Below are positions 29,915-41,353 of a stretch of 64,000 nt of DNA, piece after piece; position 1 is the stretch's first letter; each line of letters begins with the position of its first letter. The stretch covers positions 1 through 64,000 of the IMG/VR virus record IMGVR_UViG_3300030389_002306; one strand, written 5' to 3'. The translations under genes and the position numbers were made by a program. Under the pieces are notes generated by a model that saw only the letters and a program-made list of their open reading frames with translations, had not been told where the DNA came from and ran no database searches. The stretch comes from an uncultured virus (IMG/VR IMGVR_UViG_3300030389_002306). Taxonomy: Duplodnaviria; Heunggongvirae; Uroviricota; Caudoviricetes.

Positions 29915-32013
29915 TAGTTCCCTGTGTTTTGATTATTCTGTGTATTTGTATTATACAATTGCGTACCATATATGTTATATAAATTTGGATTCTGTATACC
30001 AAACATATTAGGTGTTTGCAAAGGCAGAATAGAGTTATTAGCCATATTATTAGTTATCATATTTTTATATTTTCTAATAATAGGATTTAACTGTGCATCT
30101 GCTTGTTTTTGTTGTAATGTTTGAAATACTTTTTGTGCAAAATTAGATGCACCTTGCTGTCTGCTTATTTCAAGTTTTAACTCGTCAGCTCTTTCTGCCT
30201 TAGATTTATTTAAGTTATATTCTTCTGCAAAAGATAAAGCTTTAGAATATGAATCTAAATTTCTTCTATTTAGTTCTGCATCTTTAGCTGCAAAATCTAA
30301 TAACGCAGATTGTCTTCTACTATCTAATACTCCAGACATAGCTAGAAATTTAGCCCTATCACCAGCAGTACCTCTAACTGCATTTTCAATACCTTTACCA
30401 TATGCTCCATCTATTTCAGCTCTAGCTTTTTGTGCTTCTTCTACACTAAAACCCATTTTAGAAAGCTGTCCTAATTGATTCATATGTTCTTTATACATAT
30501 TAGAAAGATCAGGTATTTTACTAGGTTTAATAGTTTTTAAAGATTCCATATATGCGCGCTTACCTAAAGCTGCTAACTCTAAATCTTCTTTATTGTTTAC
30601 TAAATTTCTTACCTCTTCCACTATCCCTAGCCCTTGTTCTAACACTTTACCTAAATCTCCAAGAGTATCCATATAGTTAGTTGTAGATACTTTTTCATAT
30701 GGATCTTTGTCTGTAGCTGCAGGATTAGTAAAATCAGGATCTAAAAAATTAGGAACAGTATCGCCATCTGCATCATTAGGATCTATGTCTTGCGTTATAT
30801 CTGTATCCTCAGAATCTTTTACACCATCACCATCTTTATCACCTTCTTTGTTTTGTTGTTCATTTATAAAGTTTTGTAAATTTCCATCTGCTTCAGGATC
30901 TAAATCTAATGGCGTAGGATCTACAAGTTTATTTCTATCAAAATCATCAGGATAACCATCATCTTTAATAGTTATATCTATTTTATTTGGATCAAACTCT
31001 TGTACTGGTGGTAATGCATTAGCACTATAATTTTCATCATATATAATAGTACCATCTTCTATTAGTTCTACTAACTTTTCTTCATTGAATGGTAATTTTT
31101 TTAAATATATATGATTAGCTACATCGCCTCCCGCATGTTTTCTTATTTCAGATTTATATGAGGTTTCAGGTAATGCAAAAAACTCTCCGTCTTTTTTAAA
31201 GACATAATAGTTTCTATTACCCATTGTTAATATTTTACCGTCCTCAAAATCTACAGATGGCTCTTCTTCATTAATCTCTTCTAATTCAGATTCTGCATCT
31301 TCTAACATTTCTGTTGTGACTCTTGTATCTTCTTCTTCTTTAATAACTGCTTCTGCTTGCTCTGAAAGCTTTTGCTGTCTTTCAACATCTGCAGCTACAT
31401 TAACTTCTAAATTTGCTCTTTTTATAGGTATTTGATCAAAGCCACCCTCACCATTAGGTACAGATATATAATCTTTTGCATTTACTTGCATTATCGTAGC
31501 ATCTGGACCATAATAATTTTGATACTCTTCGAGTGATTTTACTTGTAAATCAGGCTCACCATTCGTATTTCCTGGCAAATCTAATTCATCTATATTACTT
31601 AAACCATCAACTCTTTTTTTAATAGCTTCTTCTGATTGATCTGCTGGTTTTTCAAAATCTAACATAAAAGCCCTTGTAGAATCAGATACAGAATCAAAAG
31701 TAGTATTTAAATATTTTTGTGCTTCTGCTTCTTGTAATGCAAAATCTATTTGTCCTTTCCAATTAGTTTTCCAATCAGGCACAGCTTTAAGAAATGCTTG
31801 TTTTCTTGCAGGAAAGGTGTGTTGAAACAATCCTATTCCTTTATTCTTCATATCTCCTATCTCTACAGCATCTACATAAAACTGTGATTCTGCTTTTATA
31901 TTTGCTATAATGCCAAGAGCTTTAGTCTCAGTCATTTTAGGTTTAGTCATTAGATAATCGAATATCTCAGCAGGATGAACTACTACATTTCCTATGTCTG
32001 ATAATTTAGCCAT
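29914..32013 (-). CDS. Internal virion protein with N-terminal phage-tail-lysozyme domain
   Basis: GIIANIKAES, GIGLFQHT, GQIDFALQE, FEKPA; DxDGDG acidic repeats; helical C-terminus. Confidence 0.7.
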   Translation of the reverse strand: MAKLSDIGNVVVHPAEIFDYLMTKPKMTETKALGIIANIKAESQFYVDAVEIGDMKNKGIGLFQHTFPARKQAFLKAVPDWKTNWKGQIDFALQEAEAQKYLNTTFDSVSDSTRAFMLDFEKPADQSEEAIKKRVDGLSNIDELDLPGNTNGEPDLQVKSLEEYQNYYGPDATIMQVNAKDYISVPNGEGGFDQIPIKRANLEVNVAADVERQQKLSEQAEAVIKEEEDTRVTTEMLEDAESELEEINEEEPSVDFEDGKILTMGNRNYYVFKKDGEFFALPETSYKSEIRKHAGGDVANHIYLKKLPFNEEKLVELIEDGTIIYDENYSANALPPVQEFDPNKIDITIKDDGYPDDFDRNKLVDPTPLDLDPEADGNLQNFINEQQNKEGDKDGDGVKDSEDTDITQDIDPNDADGDTVPNFLDPDFTNPAATDKDPYEKVSTTNYMDTLGDLGKVLEQGLGIVEEVRNLVNNKEDLELAALGKRAYMESLKTIKPSKIPDLSNMYKEHMNQLGQLSKMGFSVEEAQKARAEIDGAYGKGIENAVRGTAGDRAKFLAMSGVLDSRRQSALLDFAAKDAELNRRNLDSYSKALSFAEEYNLNKSKAERADELKLEISRQQGASNFAQKVFQTLQQKQADAQLNPIIRKYKNMITNNMANNSILPLQTPNMFGIQNPNLYNIYGTQLYNTNTQNNQNTGN

Positions 32014-33002
32014 TAATCCATATTATTTTTTTTCCATTTATCATGATTCTTTTTGATCATATCAATTATGGATTTATTACTCATTTTACTATCATATTGA
32101 TCCTCTATGTGATCATATATACCTGAGCCTGGCTCAGCTTTCATGCCTGTGCTTTTACCCATTTTATCCATTATAGTTCCATCCTCTGCAACAGGTAATG
32201 GGTTTGTTTTATGGCTAGCTTCACCTGGAGTTATATTTTTATCTTTTACTTGTGATCTAAATATCTCTGCAGCTTTATCATCTTGGCCTTTAGCCATAGC
32301 ATCTCTCATCTCATCTTCTTTATTGTTTACAAGTTCACCGCCTGTAAACTCTGCAATAACCTCTCCTTTGCCTCCCTTTTCTCCTTTAGCAACTTTATCA
32401 TCTGGTATATCAGGATAGATTTGATCTAGCATATTATCTGCAAAATTTTGTGCTTGATTAGTGTTAGCTAAATCATTTTTATTAATAGGACCATTAAACA
32501 TTACATTTTTAAAAAACTCATTTGCAGATTCTATACTAGGTCTTCTATAATTTTTTATAGCACCCATATAGTCATTATTTAATACTGCATTAAAAAAATC
32601 TTCATTTTTATCTCCAGTTAAATGATAATTAGATAGTATAAATTGATTCTTAATAGGTAAGCTTTCAAATACTTTGCCTTTACTCTCTACATATTTTTTT
32701 GCAGATTTCTCAGATTTAACTAAATCATTCTTAAATAGTTCTTTAATACCATCTACAGTTAATGCTGGCAAATCTTTTTTCTTTTGCTTAGCATCATCTA
32801 AATTATTAAACTTACCTACAATTGAATAACCTTGTTTTACAACAAATTTACCATCATCTGTTTTTTGTATAAATGGACTGACTGTACCGTCTGTATTAAA
32901 TCCTTCTTTTTGTGGATTTATCATACCCATTACAGTCTGTAAGTATCCTGGCTGTAGTTGTTGTTTTAAAAATCTATTTATTATTTGTTCTGGCCCTTTC
33001 AT
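32013..33002 (-). CDS. Putative internal virion protein
   Basis: EFTGGEL..SHKTNPLP region; position in the cargo cluster. Confidence 0.5.
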   Translation of the reverse strand: MKGPEQIINRFLKQQLQPGYLQTVMGMINPQKEGFNTDGTVSPFIQKTDDGKFVVKQGYSIVGKFNNLDDAKQKKKDLPALTVDGIKELFKNDLVKSEKSAKKYVESKGKVFESLPIKNQFILSNYHLTGDKNEDFFNAVLNNDYMGAIKNYRRPSIESANEFFKNVMFNGPINKNDLANTNQAQNFADNMLDQIYPDIPDDKVAKGEKGGKGEVIAEFTGGELVNNKEDEMRDAMAKGQDDKAAEIFRSQVKDKNITPGEASHKTNPLPVAEDGTIMDKMGKSTGMKAEPGSGIYDHIEDQYDSKMSNKSIIDMIKKNHDKWKKNNMD

Positions 33003-34573
33003 TATATTGATTCTTGTGTTTCTGAATATATATTATTTCTTTCTACATCTTCTGGCCTTACAAATCCTGCAGATCCAGATCCCATACTAAAATCTAATGC
33101 TTTTGTTACAGGTTTATTTGTGTAAGGATCTACTGTTACTATATTAGGGGCTTGTACTGTTTCTGCAGTTTGTATATTAGGATCTTGTATAGGAGGTAAA
33201 TTTATTTGTGGTTCATCATCGTCACCTTGTATAAAGTCAAATAATGCACTACCTCCTGCTTGAACTATATTAGCTAAAGGCTCACCTACAGCCTCTATAA
33301 TCGGAAATGCTACTTTGCCAACTGTTTCCATTCCTGCTTGCGCCATTCCACCTGCAAAATCAACAGTATCCATAGCTAAATCTATACCTGATTCTATACC
33401 CATTTGTAAAACTTCTCCACCAGCCTCTACAAATGGCTGTAAAGTTTGTCCTGCAAATTGAACTGTTTCTCCAGCTGCATCTAAAACATCAGTTGCTCCA
33501 GTAGCTTCTGCTATGTCAGCTACTGCACCACCTGTTGCACTCCCTATATTTGCAATTGTATCTAATGCACCTCCACCTATATTTGCTACTGCATCAATAG
33601 CTCCTGTTGTTATATCTGCTGCTCCACTAAAAATGTCTGAAATTAATCCGCCTAAAAAAAACTTTGGCATTTTACCGCCTTTTTCCATATTACCCATTCC
33701 ATATGGATTCATAAATTTTGATGCTTCTTTTATATAGTTGGCAGCTCGTGTTTCACCTTCTCGTTGTTCTCTAGATTCTGTTACAGATTCTTGATACATT
33801 TTTCTTATTTCAGTTTCTCTTTCTTTTAAAGCTTTTTCATAAGCCTTTTGTAGTTTTCTAGCTTTTCTTCTTTTTCTAGCTCCGCCAAATAAAGATATAC
33901 CAATTCCTAAAGCTATACCTGCAGGACCTAAAGCTGCTAGTTTTGGCGAAAGCGCCATTAAAGAACTTGCTGCACCTGCACCTGATATAGCTGCACCTGC
34001 CATTTCACCACCCGTAAATGTAGTTGGATCATCATCATCAAATGCGCTTCTTATAAGTCTTCCTGCAATATATGTAGGTACACCTGCTGATACACTACCA
34101 CCTTTTAAATTACTAAAATAATTACTTGCTGCTTGTCCAGCGGTAACTCCACCAGCACTAGCAGTTGGACCTAATTGTGTTTGTGGAGTAAATGTTCCAG
34201 CAGATACATTTGTTGTAAAAGGATTACCTAACTGTGTACTAGGTCTACTTAAATTTACACCTAATTGCTGACCTAATGTTTGTTTACCTAATTTTAAATT
34301 TAGTAATTGTGGTGCAGTTTGTGCAACTTGCAAACCTGTAGATAAACTTGACAAAGCTCCTGGTGATTGATAATCTAAAAATGGATCAATTGGCTCTGGA
34401 TTCATTGATTGTAAATCCATATATGATGTTCCAGGACTAGGAGCCATAGAGTAAGGTGTAAATGCAGGTACTACATTATTTGTTCTTCTATTTAATGCTT
34501 CTATTCCTTGTAGTGTGTTCCCTCCTGGCTGTAGGTAGGGCATGTATCTCATTATACTAAATCTATCTTCCAT
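33002..34573 (-). CDS. Putative ejected protein with Gly/Ala-rich membrane-like segments
   Basis: GAAISGAGAA...GIALGIGISLFGG followed by a basic coiled coil. Confidence 0.55.
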   Translation of the reverse strand: MEDRFSIMRYMPYLQPGGNTLQGIEALNRRTNNVVPAFTPYSMAPSPGTSYMDLQSMNPEPIDPFLDYQSPGALSSLSTGLQVAQTAPQLLNLKLGKQTLGQQLGVNLSRPSTQLGNPFTTNVSAGTFTPQTQLGPTASAGGVTAGQAASNYFSNLKGGSVSAGVPTYIAGRLIRSAFDDDDPTTFTGGEMAGAAISGAGAASSLMALSPKLAALGPAGIALGIGISLFGGARKRRKARKLQKAYEKALKERETEIRKMYQESVTESREQREGETRAANYIKEASKFMNPYGMGNMEKGGKMPKFFLGGLISDIFSGAADITTGAIDAVANIGGGALDTIANIGSATGGAVADIAEATGATDVLDAAGETVQFAGQTLQPFVEAGGEVLQMGIESGIDLAMDTVDFAGGMAQAGMETVGKVAFPIIEAVGEPLANIVQAGGSALFDFIQGDDDEPQINLPPIQDPNIQTAETVQAPNIVTVDPYTNKPVTKALDFSMGSGSAGFVRPEDVERNNIYSETQESI

Positions 34574-37500
34574 TTAATTGTAGGATTTACGGTATTTAGC
34601 CATTATTGCAAATATATTAAATTTTTCGGTAGTTCTTGCAGATAAAGTAGCCTTCATATATGTTCCAACAACTCTTTGCTTTGACTGTTCACTACGCAAA
34701 GGTATTCTTAATACACCTTCTCTATACTTGTGTAATGTCTGATTGAATTGTGTAGTTGATGGATAACCTGGAGTATTGGTAGTACTGATTCCAATTGTTG
34801 TTCTTGGAAATGATTCAGATTCGAATTGTAGGTCCTCAAAATACATTGAAGAATTTAAATTTTCTTCATCTCTTCTAACAACTTTTGTAGTAAGATCTGG
34901 ATTTGTTAAATATGCTAAAATATTATTAGACAAATTTTGTTTAGACTTAACTGTGACTACTACATTTAAATTATCAAACTTTTTATTTTCTCCAGGCGCA
35001 TCAGTTATAACTTTTTCAATATATGATTTATGTATAATTCTTCTTGCCAATTCTTCTTGATTGTTAAAATCATATATAGGATAAGCATTTGTTCCATATT
35101 CATCATTAGCATACGCCACATCTTGATCAATTGGATTGTGTAATTTTTCTTGACCAAAGAAACGTGTTTTTTCATCAGCAGCATCCCACTCCCATAAAGT
35201 CAAATTACCTTCTGATAATTCATGTGTGCTAAACCTATATCCTGACATATTAGCTCCTGTTGGTCCATATACACCAGTTAAACCTTGACCAAAATTATTA
35301 TTTGAATTTCTAAATCCATCTTCATAGCCATTTAGATCATCACCTGGATCATTAAAATATTGCCCCCATGGTAACTGAGATTGTGGCGTATATAATCTAC
35401 CATTATGCTCTATCCATTGTTGTGGATAAACACTATATTTAGAAATTACAGCATTTATATCTTCATTGTACGAAACAGTAGTACTTGTTATAGTTTTTTC
35501 TGGAAAGATACCTGTTTCTATTAACCCTTCATACATTGGATCAATGCCTAATATTTGCCCTTCATTATTGGTATATAAATATTTACCATTTGGATGTAGC
35601 ACTGTATCTTTTGCATCAATTCTAATTCTATCTGCAAAAGTCATATAAAGCGTATTTGAAGAATAATCAAATGCACCATGTATACCAACAAAATACAAAG
35701 GCATATCGCACATACTTACTCTTATAGCATCATAGAATCTTTGTTCTGTTTTTAATCTTCCATATGATACAGCTTTTTCAAATAAATCTCTTGTTCCTAA
35801 ATCATCAGATATACTTACAAGTTTTTTATCTGATCCATACTTTAATAGCTTAGCATATCTTATATCAAAGAAAAATAAATTACGTTCACTTGCTACAACG
35901 CTATGCATGTGTTTAGTACCATACTTAATGGATATATATTGATGCGATTCGATTGTATCACCAGATCCTGTAAATATAGAATCAACACCAGATGTATCTT
36001 GTAAAAATGTTCTAGGATTTACTAATAACTGACCAAATGCATTTTCTTGGAAAAAGTGTATTTCATTTTGAAAATTAATGATTCTATTAATTTGTCCATA
36101 TATAGCTTCAACATCATAAAAGTTGAATATTGGAAATATTCTAAATGCATCTGTTTGTTCACCAGATAGTTTTGTTTTAGAGTAGGCTATTTCTACAGGC
36201 AAATCAGTATACTGCTGTTCATCATCTTGTAATGATAAATAGCTTTTAAGATTGTTCTCTTGAGAGTATACATCATTGTAAAACCAATCATTACTAAATG
36301 GTGGATTATTTTGATCAAAACCTTCTACGTGGTCATTAGCAGCTAGATGCAAACCACTTCTCATTTCAGTATTAACAAATGACTCACATGGGAATACAAC
36401 CCATTTAGAAAAACTTTTTTCTGGATATGGTGATGTTGTCATTTGATGTGAATACAAACCAACAAATGTATCTCCACCCAAGACTGTAGTATGATGTTCT
36501 AATGTGTCTATATTAATAGGATGAAAATTACCCGCATTTACCCATCTAGTTTTTTGTATTGCTTCTAATGAATCTCCACCATATTGAGCATCATTGAATC
36601 TATATATATTAGCATAGTAATAATATGGTTGTGCTACAGCTGAATGAGCGCATACCAAACCATCTGATTCTATGAAAGGCTTAGATGATTTATTCCACAA
36701 ATAACTTTGCCCTCGTATTATTTGCATAACATCAGGCATATGCATCATTTGTTTATTAGTATTAATAAGTATTGCTCTCGTACCCATTTGCAAAGTTGAT
36801 ACAGTTTCATAGGCTAAATCAACACCTTCTGTATCTGTTATTTTTCCATACATCCAAGTATGACCATATGTATTTGGTGCATATAAATATCTAGCTCCCA
36901 ATGAAAAATTTGAAAACCCTCTTTTTTCAATATACCATTCTTTTCCTCCATTTTCTTCACTAACAAATTGTGTAAAAAAATCTTTTGGAACAAATTCACC
37001 TTGACCTATTTCCTTTGCATTTTCTATAGCAGAATTATATGCAAAACTAGGACGACTTACAGGTGATTTTACACCAGACAAATTTATATTGTTAAATGAA
37101 GCGTCTGGATTAGTTGAGCCACTAAATGCAGTAGAACTATCTGCAAAAAGAGTTGGATCGGTGACATCGTTAAAAAAAGCATTTTCATAATTATTCACAC
37201 CATTTATAGAAACATATAACTGTGTTGTATATCCACTGCCATTATAAGTAGGATAATTTCTAATATACGGCTCATAATATGTATCTAAAACAGCGCATTT
37301 AGCTACCATAACACCAGACTCATTATCTTTAGTTATTTTTTTAGTAGAAAATATTAAACCTTGATCTCTTTGATTATCAGCATTTCCTAAAGCTTGATAC
37401 TGTAAAGAACTTTGTGAACCTTCCAACATAGTAGTAAAATTGCCAGCAGTATCAGAGTCAAAAGATAAAATGCCAGACCAACTGTCAAATCCATGTGCAC

Positions 37501-40339
37501 TACTAGGAGCTATAAATGTTCCATGCTCTTGAAGATCGTTATTATTCATCCTTTCTTCATTATACAGCTTTAGTATACTTACCCATTGCAATTTATCTTC
37601 ACCAGAAAATGCATATGGTCTAATACCAAATGTACTATCTGGACTATACATAAGCCCTGCCCTTGCTTGTGTATGTACATCTATAAATGGTTCAGTACTA
37701 GAGTTTGAGGTTGGATGGAACATTTTACCATATGATCCAAACTCTCCACTACCAGCTCCATATATATTTTTAAGAGTTTTTGGATTGCTTTCAGATTCAT
37801 TTAAAAATCTTGGTTTACCATCACCATCTTTTACTACTACACTATTAGATCCAGCATTAACACCAGCATATCCATTTAAAACTCTATCGTAAATTTCATC
37901 CGTATTTTCAGCTACAATAGATGCAGTATCACCAGCTTGTACCTTTTCCGCTCCAATACCGCCATCAAAGCTAGTGCCTTTTCCTTTTACATATCCATGA
38001 GATAGTTCTGATCTTCCATAATTACAAACTTGATTTACTAATCCTGACTGAATAATAGTTCTATCTGATTCAGTTCTTTCAGCTCTTACTACTCTAAATC
38101 CTGATATTTTTTCTCTTACATGTGGCGGTATTTTAAAGGTAAAATCAATTGCTAAATCTAATGTATAATGATAACCTGATTCTCCTGGACCTGCACAAAA
38201 ACCATACATCTGCGGAGATACATTTGTAGTATAGTTTGTAGATCCGTGATATACAACATCTGCTAAATGCGCCATATCATATCCAAAGTCAAAACTACTT
38301 GTATCATATTGCACACCATGACCAGGAACAGGCATATCAGTATGTGCACTTATTCTATAATCTTGTGCGTATGGATTTTCTCTCCATTTAGTTCTATCGT
38401 TTGTAGCATCTCTACCTAATTCAGTATTTTTTAAATCAAGCTCCCAGGCTTTATCATAATGATTTGGCATTTTAATATCACCTATCCATAATACATTACC
38501 AGGATCACCATTTTTATCATACACTAATACACCAAATCTATATGTTTCACTTCTTTGATAACCTCTCTTATTACCTGAAGCATGGGGATCTTTATTAGAT
38601 CCAATTGTAAAACTAGCAGTATATTCTGTATCAACATTATTATTATCTCCATCAGCACCTGCTAAATTGTCTGTTTGTATTGATGGATTTGTTACATTGG
38701 TAGATATAAATTCTGTTTGTGAACTATTTACACCACCTCTATTGTTTCTTGTATCTGATATTTTTGGTATTTGTCTAAAAGAAAACATACACCCACCCAA
38801 TCTATTTGTTTCCTCACCAGCATAATATGCATAGCTTACACCTCCCAATATTCTTCTTGATCTACCATCTGCATCTACATTAGGAGCAAATTTTTCATTA
38901 CCCCAAAGACAAGTACCTTGCGTGGGTAAATATCTGTGTTCACTTGGTATGTTGTATCCTATATATGATGCTTGAACATATGAGGTTGCGCTACCAGCTT
39001 CTACCACATTATCAGGACTGTATTGACTAGAAGATGGATGATAATAATCTTTTACAGCAGAATCTGTTGTTGTTAATGATCCACCAGAAGGTATTGCAGT
39101 TCCACTTAAAGTAGTTTCATCAAGTTTATATCTTAAAACTTTTACATTCCATTCTTTTTCAGTAACAAAATTTCTTTTTTGTCTTAGGTTTGCAGCAAAT
39201 AATACATTGTCTTTTATTGCAATGTCTTTACAAACATCCCAAGTATTTGTTGGAATTAAAATGTTTTCTACACCATTTTCAATTACAGTAGTTAAAGTTG
39301 TATGTTTAAATTCTATTTGTGCATCAGCCAAAATATTTTTTGTGGCTACTTCTGATACTTGAGGAACAGCTCCTAAAGAATTGTAATATACAGCATATAT
39401 TGTAATAGCATCAAACCTTGTATCTAAATTTGTTATTTTAAGTAAAAAACCATCATTAGATAAAGATCCTGGTGTACCTCCATAATATGTAGCAGAACTT
39501 GCACTACTTGTATTAGATATATGATAAATATTACTTAATGGTGATATTCCTGATTCTGATCCAGCATCTGTTATATATTTATAACAGTATTGATATACAC
39601 CAACTGGCAACGAACCACTAATTGTGCTTTTTAATGCTATTTGATTATGTGTTGCCTTTGGAGTAATATCCAACTCTGAAGGATTCATTGTGTGAATATC
39701 AGGATCATTTAATGAAAATGTTCTTAATGGATTTTTATTATCTGTCCAATATATTCTTGATATTGCATCATTCTCTATTATACCCTCAACTCTACATTTA
39801 ATAAATGGATGCATGTTAAGATTAGGAAATTCATTAGTTCCTGAAACAGGATTATACGCTACCCTTAAATCTATAAATTTTTCTACCTCACCTTCACCAT
39901 TAAAAACTATTTTAAAAAAAGCTGTTCTAAAATCACCAGTCGATTGTGATCCATTTGCATTTCCATAAAATATATAACCACAAACAATAATTACTAATTC
40001 ATTTCTAAATGAAAAATGACCAACTATATTAGCGGCTTGTGACATTGGCTGACCATCAATTCCTGTTGGTCTAAAGTCTGTACCTGCAAAGTATGAACTT
40101 GAAAATCCTGAAACTTCATTGCCATCACCTGAATAAGAAGCAGGAAATGTTTTATCAAATTCATGTAGATCTACTACCTTTCTATTGCCATTAATATTTT
40201 CTATGGTAAATGTAGTGCCATCAGTATTGACTACCCTAACATTCATGGCATCTCTATATGATCCTTCTAATTGATAGCGTGGATCTACATCGGTAATTAA
40301 ACCTTTACTAAAACCTTTAGGTGCGCTTTTTTGTGACAT
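34574..40339 (-). CDS. Tail stabilization / muzzle protein (P22 gp10-like, crAss Tstab)
   Basis: FSKGLITD...YRDAMN, IYWTDNKNPLR, GYQRSETYRFGV, YGQINRI, QWIEH; size and position. Confidence 0.8.
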   Translation of the reverse strand: MSQKSAPKGFSKGLITDVDPRYQLEGSYRDAMNVRVVNTDGTTFTIENINGNRKVVDLHEFDKTFPASYSGDGNEVSGFSSSYFAGTDFRPTGIDGQPMSQAANIVGHFSFRNELVIIVCGYIFYGNANGSQSTGDFRTAFFKIVFNGEGEVEKFIDLRVAYNPVSGTNEFPNLNMHPFIKCRVEGIIENDAISRIYWTDNKNPLRTFSLNDPDIHTMNPSELDITPKATHNQIALKSTISGSLPVGVYQYCYKYITDAGSESGISPLSNIYHISNTSSASSATYYGGTPGSLSNDGFLLKITNLDTRFDAITIYAVYYNSLGAVPQVSEVATKNILADAQIEFKHTTLTTVIENGVENILIPTNTWDVCKDIAIKDNVLFAANLRQKRNFVTEKEWNVKVLRYKLDETTLSGTAIPSGGSLTTTDSAVKDYYHPSSSQYSPDNVVEAGSATSYVQASYIGYNIPSEHRYLPTQGTCLWGNEKFAPNVDADGRSRRILGGVSYAYYAGEETNRLGGCMFSFRQIPKISDTRNNRGGVNSSQTEFISTNVTNPSIQTDNLAGADGDNNNVDTEYTASFTIGSNKDPHASGNKRGYQRSETYRFGVLVYDKNGDPGNVLWIGDIKMPNHYDKAWELDLKNTELGRDATNDRTKWRENPYAQDYRISAHTDMPVPGHGVQYDTSSFDFGYDMAHLADVVYHGSTNYTTNVSPQMYGFCAGPGESGYHYTLDLAIDFTFKIPPHVREKISGFRVVRAERTESDRTIIQSGLVNQVCNYGRSELSHGYVKGKGTSFDGGIGAEKVQAGDTASIVAENTDEIYDRVLNGYAGVNAGSNSVVVKDGDGKPRFLNESESNPKTLKNIYGAGSGEFGSYGKMFHPTSNSSTEPFIDVHTQARAGLMYSPDSTFGIRPYAFSGEDKLQWVSILKLYNEERMNNNDLQEHGTFIAPSSAHGFDSWSGILSFDSDTAGNFTTMLEGSQSSLQYQALGNADNQRDQGLIFSTKKITKDNESGVMVAKCAVLDTYYEPYIRNYPTYNGSGYTTQLYVSINGVNNYENAFFNDVTDPTLFADSSTAFSGSTNPDASFNNINLSGVKSPVSRPSFAYNSAIENAKEIGQGEFVPKDFFTQFVSEENGGKEWYIEKRGFSNFSLGARYLYAPNTYGHTWMYGKITDTEGVDLAYETVSTLQMGTRAILINTNKQMMHMPDVMQIIRGQSYLWNKSSKPFIESDGLVCAHSAVAQPYYYYANIYRFNDAQYGGDSLEAIQKTRWVNAGNFHPINIDTLEHHTTVLGGDTFVGLYSHQMTTSPYPEKSFSKWVVFPCESFVNTEMRSGLHLAANDHVEGFDQNNPPFSNDWFYNDVYSQENNLKSYLSLQDDEQQYTDLPVEIAYSKTKLSGEQTDAFRIFPIFNFYDVEAIYGQINRIINFQNEIHFFQENAFGQLLVNPRTFLQDTSGVDSIFTGSGDTIESHQYISIKYGTKHMHSVVASERNLFFFDIRYAKLLKYGSDKKLVSISDDLGTRDLFEKAVSYGRLKTEQRFYDAIRVSMCDMPLYFVGIHGAFDYSSNTLYMTFADRIRIDAKDTVLHPNGKYLYTNNEGQILGIDPMYEGLIETGIFPEKTITSTTVSYNEDINAVISKYSVYPQQWIEHNGRLYTPQSQLPWGQYFNDPGDDLNGYEDGFRNSNNNFGQGLTGVYGPTGANMSGYRFSTHELSEGNLTLWEWDAADEKTRFFGQEKLHNPIDQDVAYANDEYGTNAYPIYDFNNQEELARRIIHKSYIEKVITDAPGENKKFDNLNVVVTVKSKQNLSNNILAYLTNPDLTTKVVRRDEENLNSSMYFEDLQFESESFPRTTIGISTTNTPGYPSTTQFNQTLHKYREGVLRIPLRSEQSKQRVVGTYMKATLSARTTEKFNIFAIMAKYRKSYN

Positions 40340-41352
40340 TAATAACTATTTAATCCGTCATACAATGGTGGATTGAAAGATGTCAATGGAATTTTTGTAT
40401 TCCATAGTTTACCAATTTTCAATAATTCTATTGAGGTAGGCATATTATCATCACCCCTTGCTTTACCACATAGTTGATACCACCTTCTTTCTAAATCTTT
40501 AACTATGTATTGTGGAACTTCACCAGCATAATAACCAATAAGTTTGTATTTCCACATAATGTAATGAGCTACAGCCTCTTCATGTCCTTGTAATATCATT
40601 GGATAACCTTCTACTGACAATGGAACTGATAGTATAGTCACTACTACATCAGAAGTATAATCAGCCGTAAAATTAATTCTGTTACCATTTATGTAAAATC
40701 TATCCAATAAAGTAGAGACTTTACTTTTATATTGTGAACTTGTAGGTTGAATAATAGCATCACCTGCTCTAACACTAAGGACTTTTACATAGCTATCTGG
40801 TAATCTAATTTGTTTGTTGTTAAGTATATCTTTACCTCCACTAAAAAACTTTGTAACTTTTATTCCATTACTAGTCTCTATAGTGTAATCATTACCAAAA
40901 TTACCATTATCGTTTACAGTTAGTGTTATAGTTTTATCGCCATCATTTGACGCTGTTATCCCTTGTATTTTTTCGTAATATGTTCGATTTACTTTTAAAG
41001 TAAAAGCGTTAAGTGATCCAGCTAAATTAACACCAATAGCAACCTCAAAACTGTCTGTTACTGTACCAATAAAATTTGCACTTGATGTATCTCTAAAAAT
41101 AAATCTTACACCATTTATTTCTACATATTCTTTATCAAGATTTGTATTATCAACCTCTAATGAAAACTGTGCTGTTGCTTGTGCTGGTGTTGCAGAATAT
41201 ACAATTTCTTTTTGCAAAAATGTTTTATTACTCCCTATATATTGTTCAGCTTCAAAAGCCCATTCGGACCAAGAGTCTAGATTATTAGCATAGGTTTGTA
41301 GACCAAGATTTCTTGATACATTATTAAATACTCTGTTTACTGGTACATGCAT
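40339..41352 (-). CDS. Tail tubular/ring protein
   Basis: W..EAEQYIG, GYPMI...EAVAHYIMWK; upstream of Tstab. Confidence 0.7.
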   Translation of the reverse strand: MHVPVNRVFNNVSRNLGLQTYANNLDSWSEWAFEAEQYIGSNKTFLQKEIVYSATPAQATAQFSLEVDNTNLDKEYVEINGVRFIFRDTSSANFIGTVTDSFEVAIGVNLAGSLNAFTLKVNRTYYEKIQGITASNDGDKTITLTVNDNGNFGNDYTIETSNGIKVTKFFSGGKDILNNKQIRLPDSYVKVLSVRAGDAIIQPTSSQYKSKVSTLLDRFYINGNRINFTADYTSDVVVTILSVPLSVEGYPMILQGHEEAVAHYIMWKYKLIGYYAGEVPQYIVKDLERRWYQLCGKARGDDNMPTSIELLKIGKLWNTKIPLTSFNPPLYDGLNSY

Positions 41353-41353
41353 A

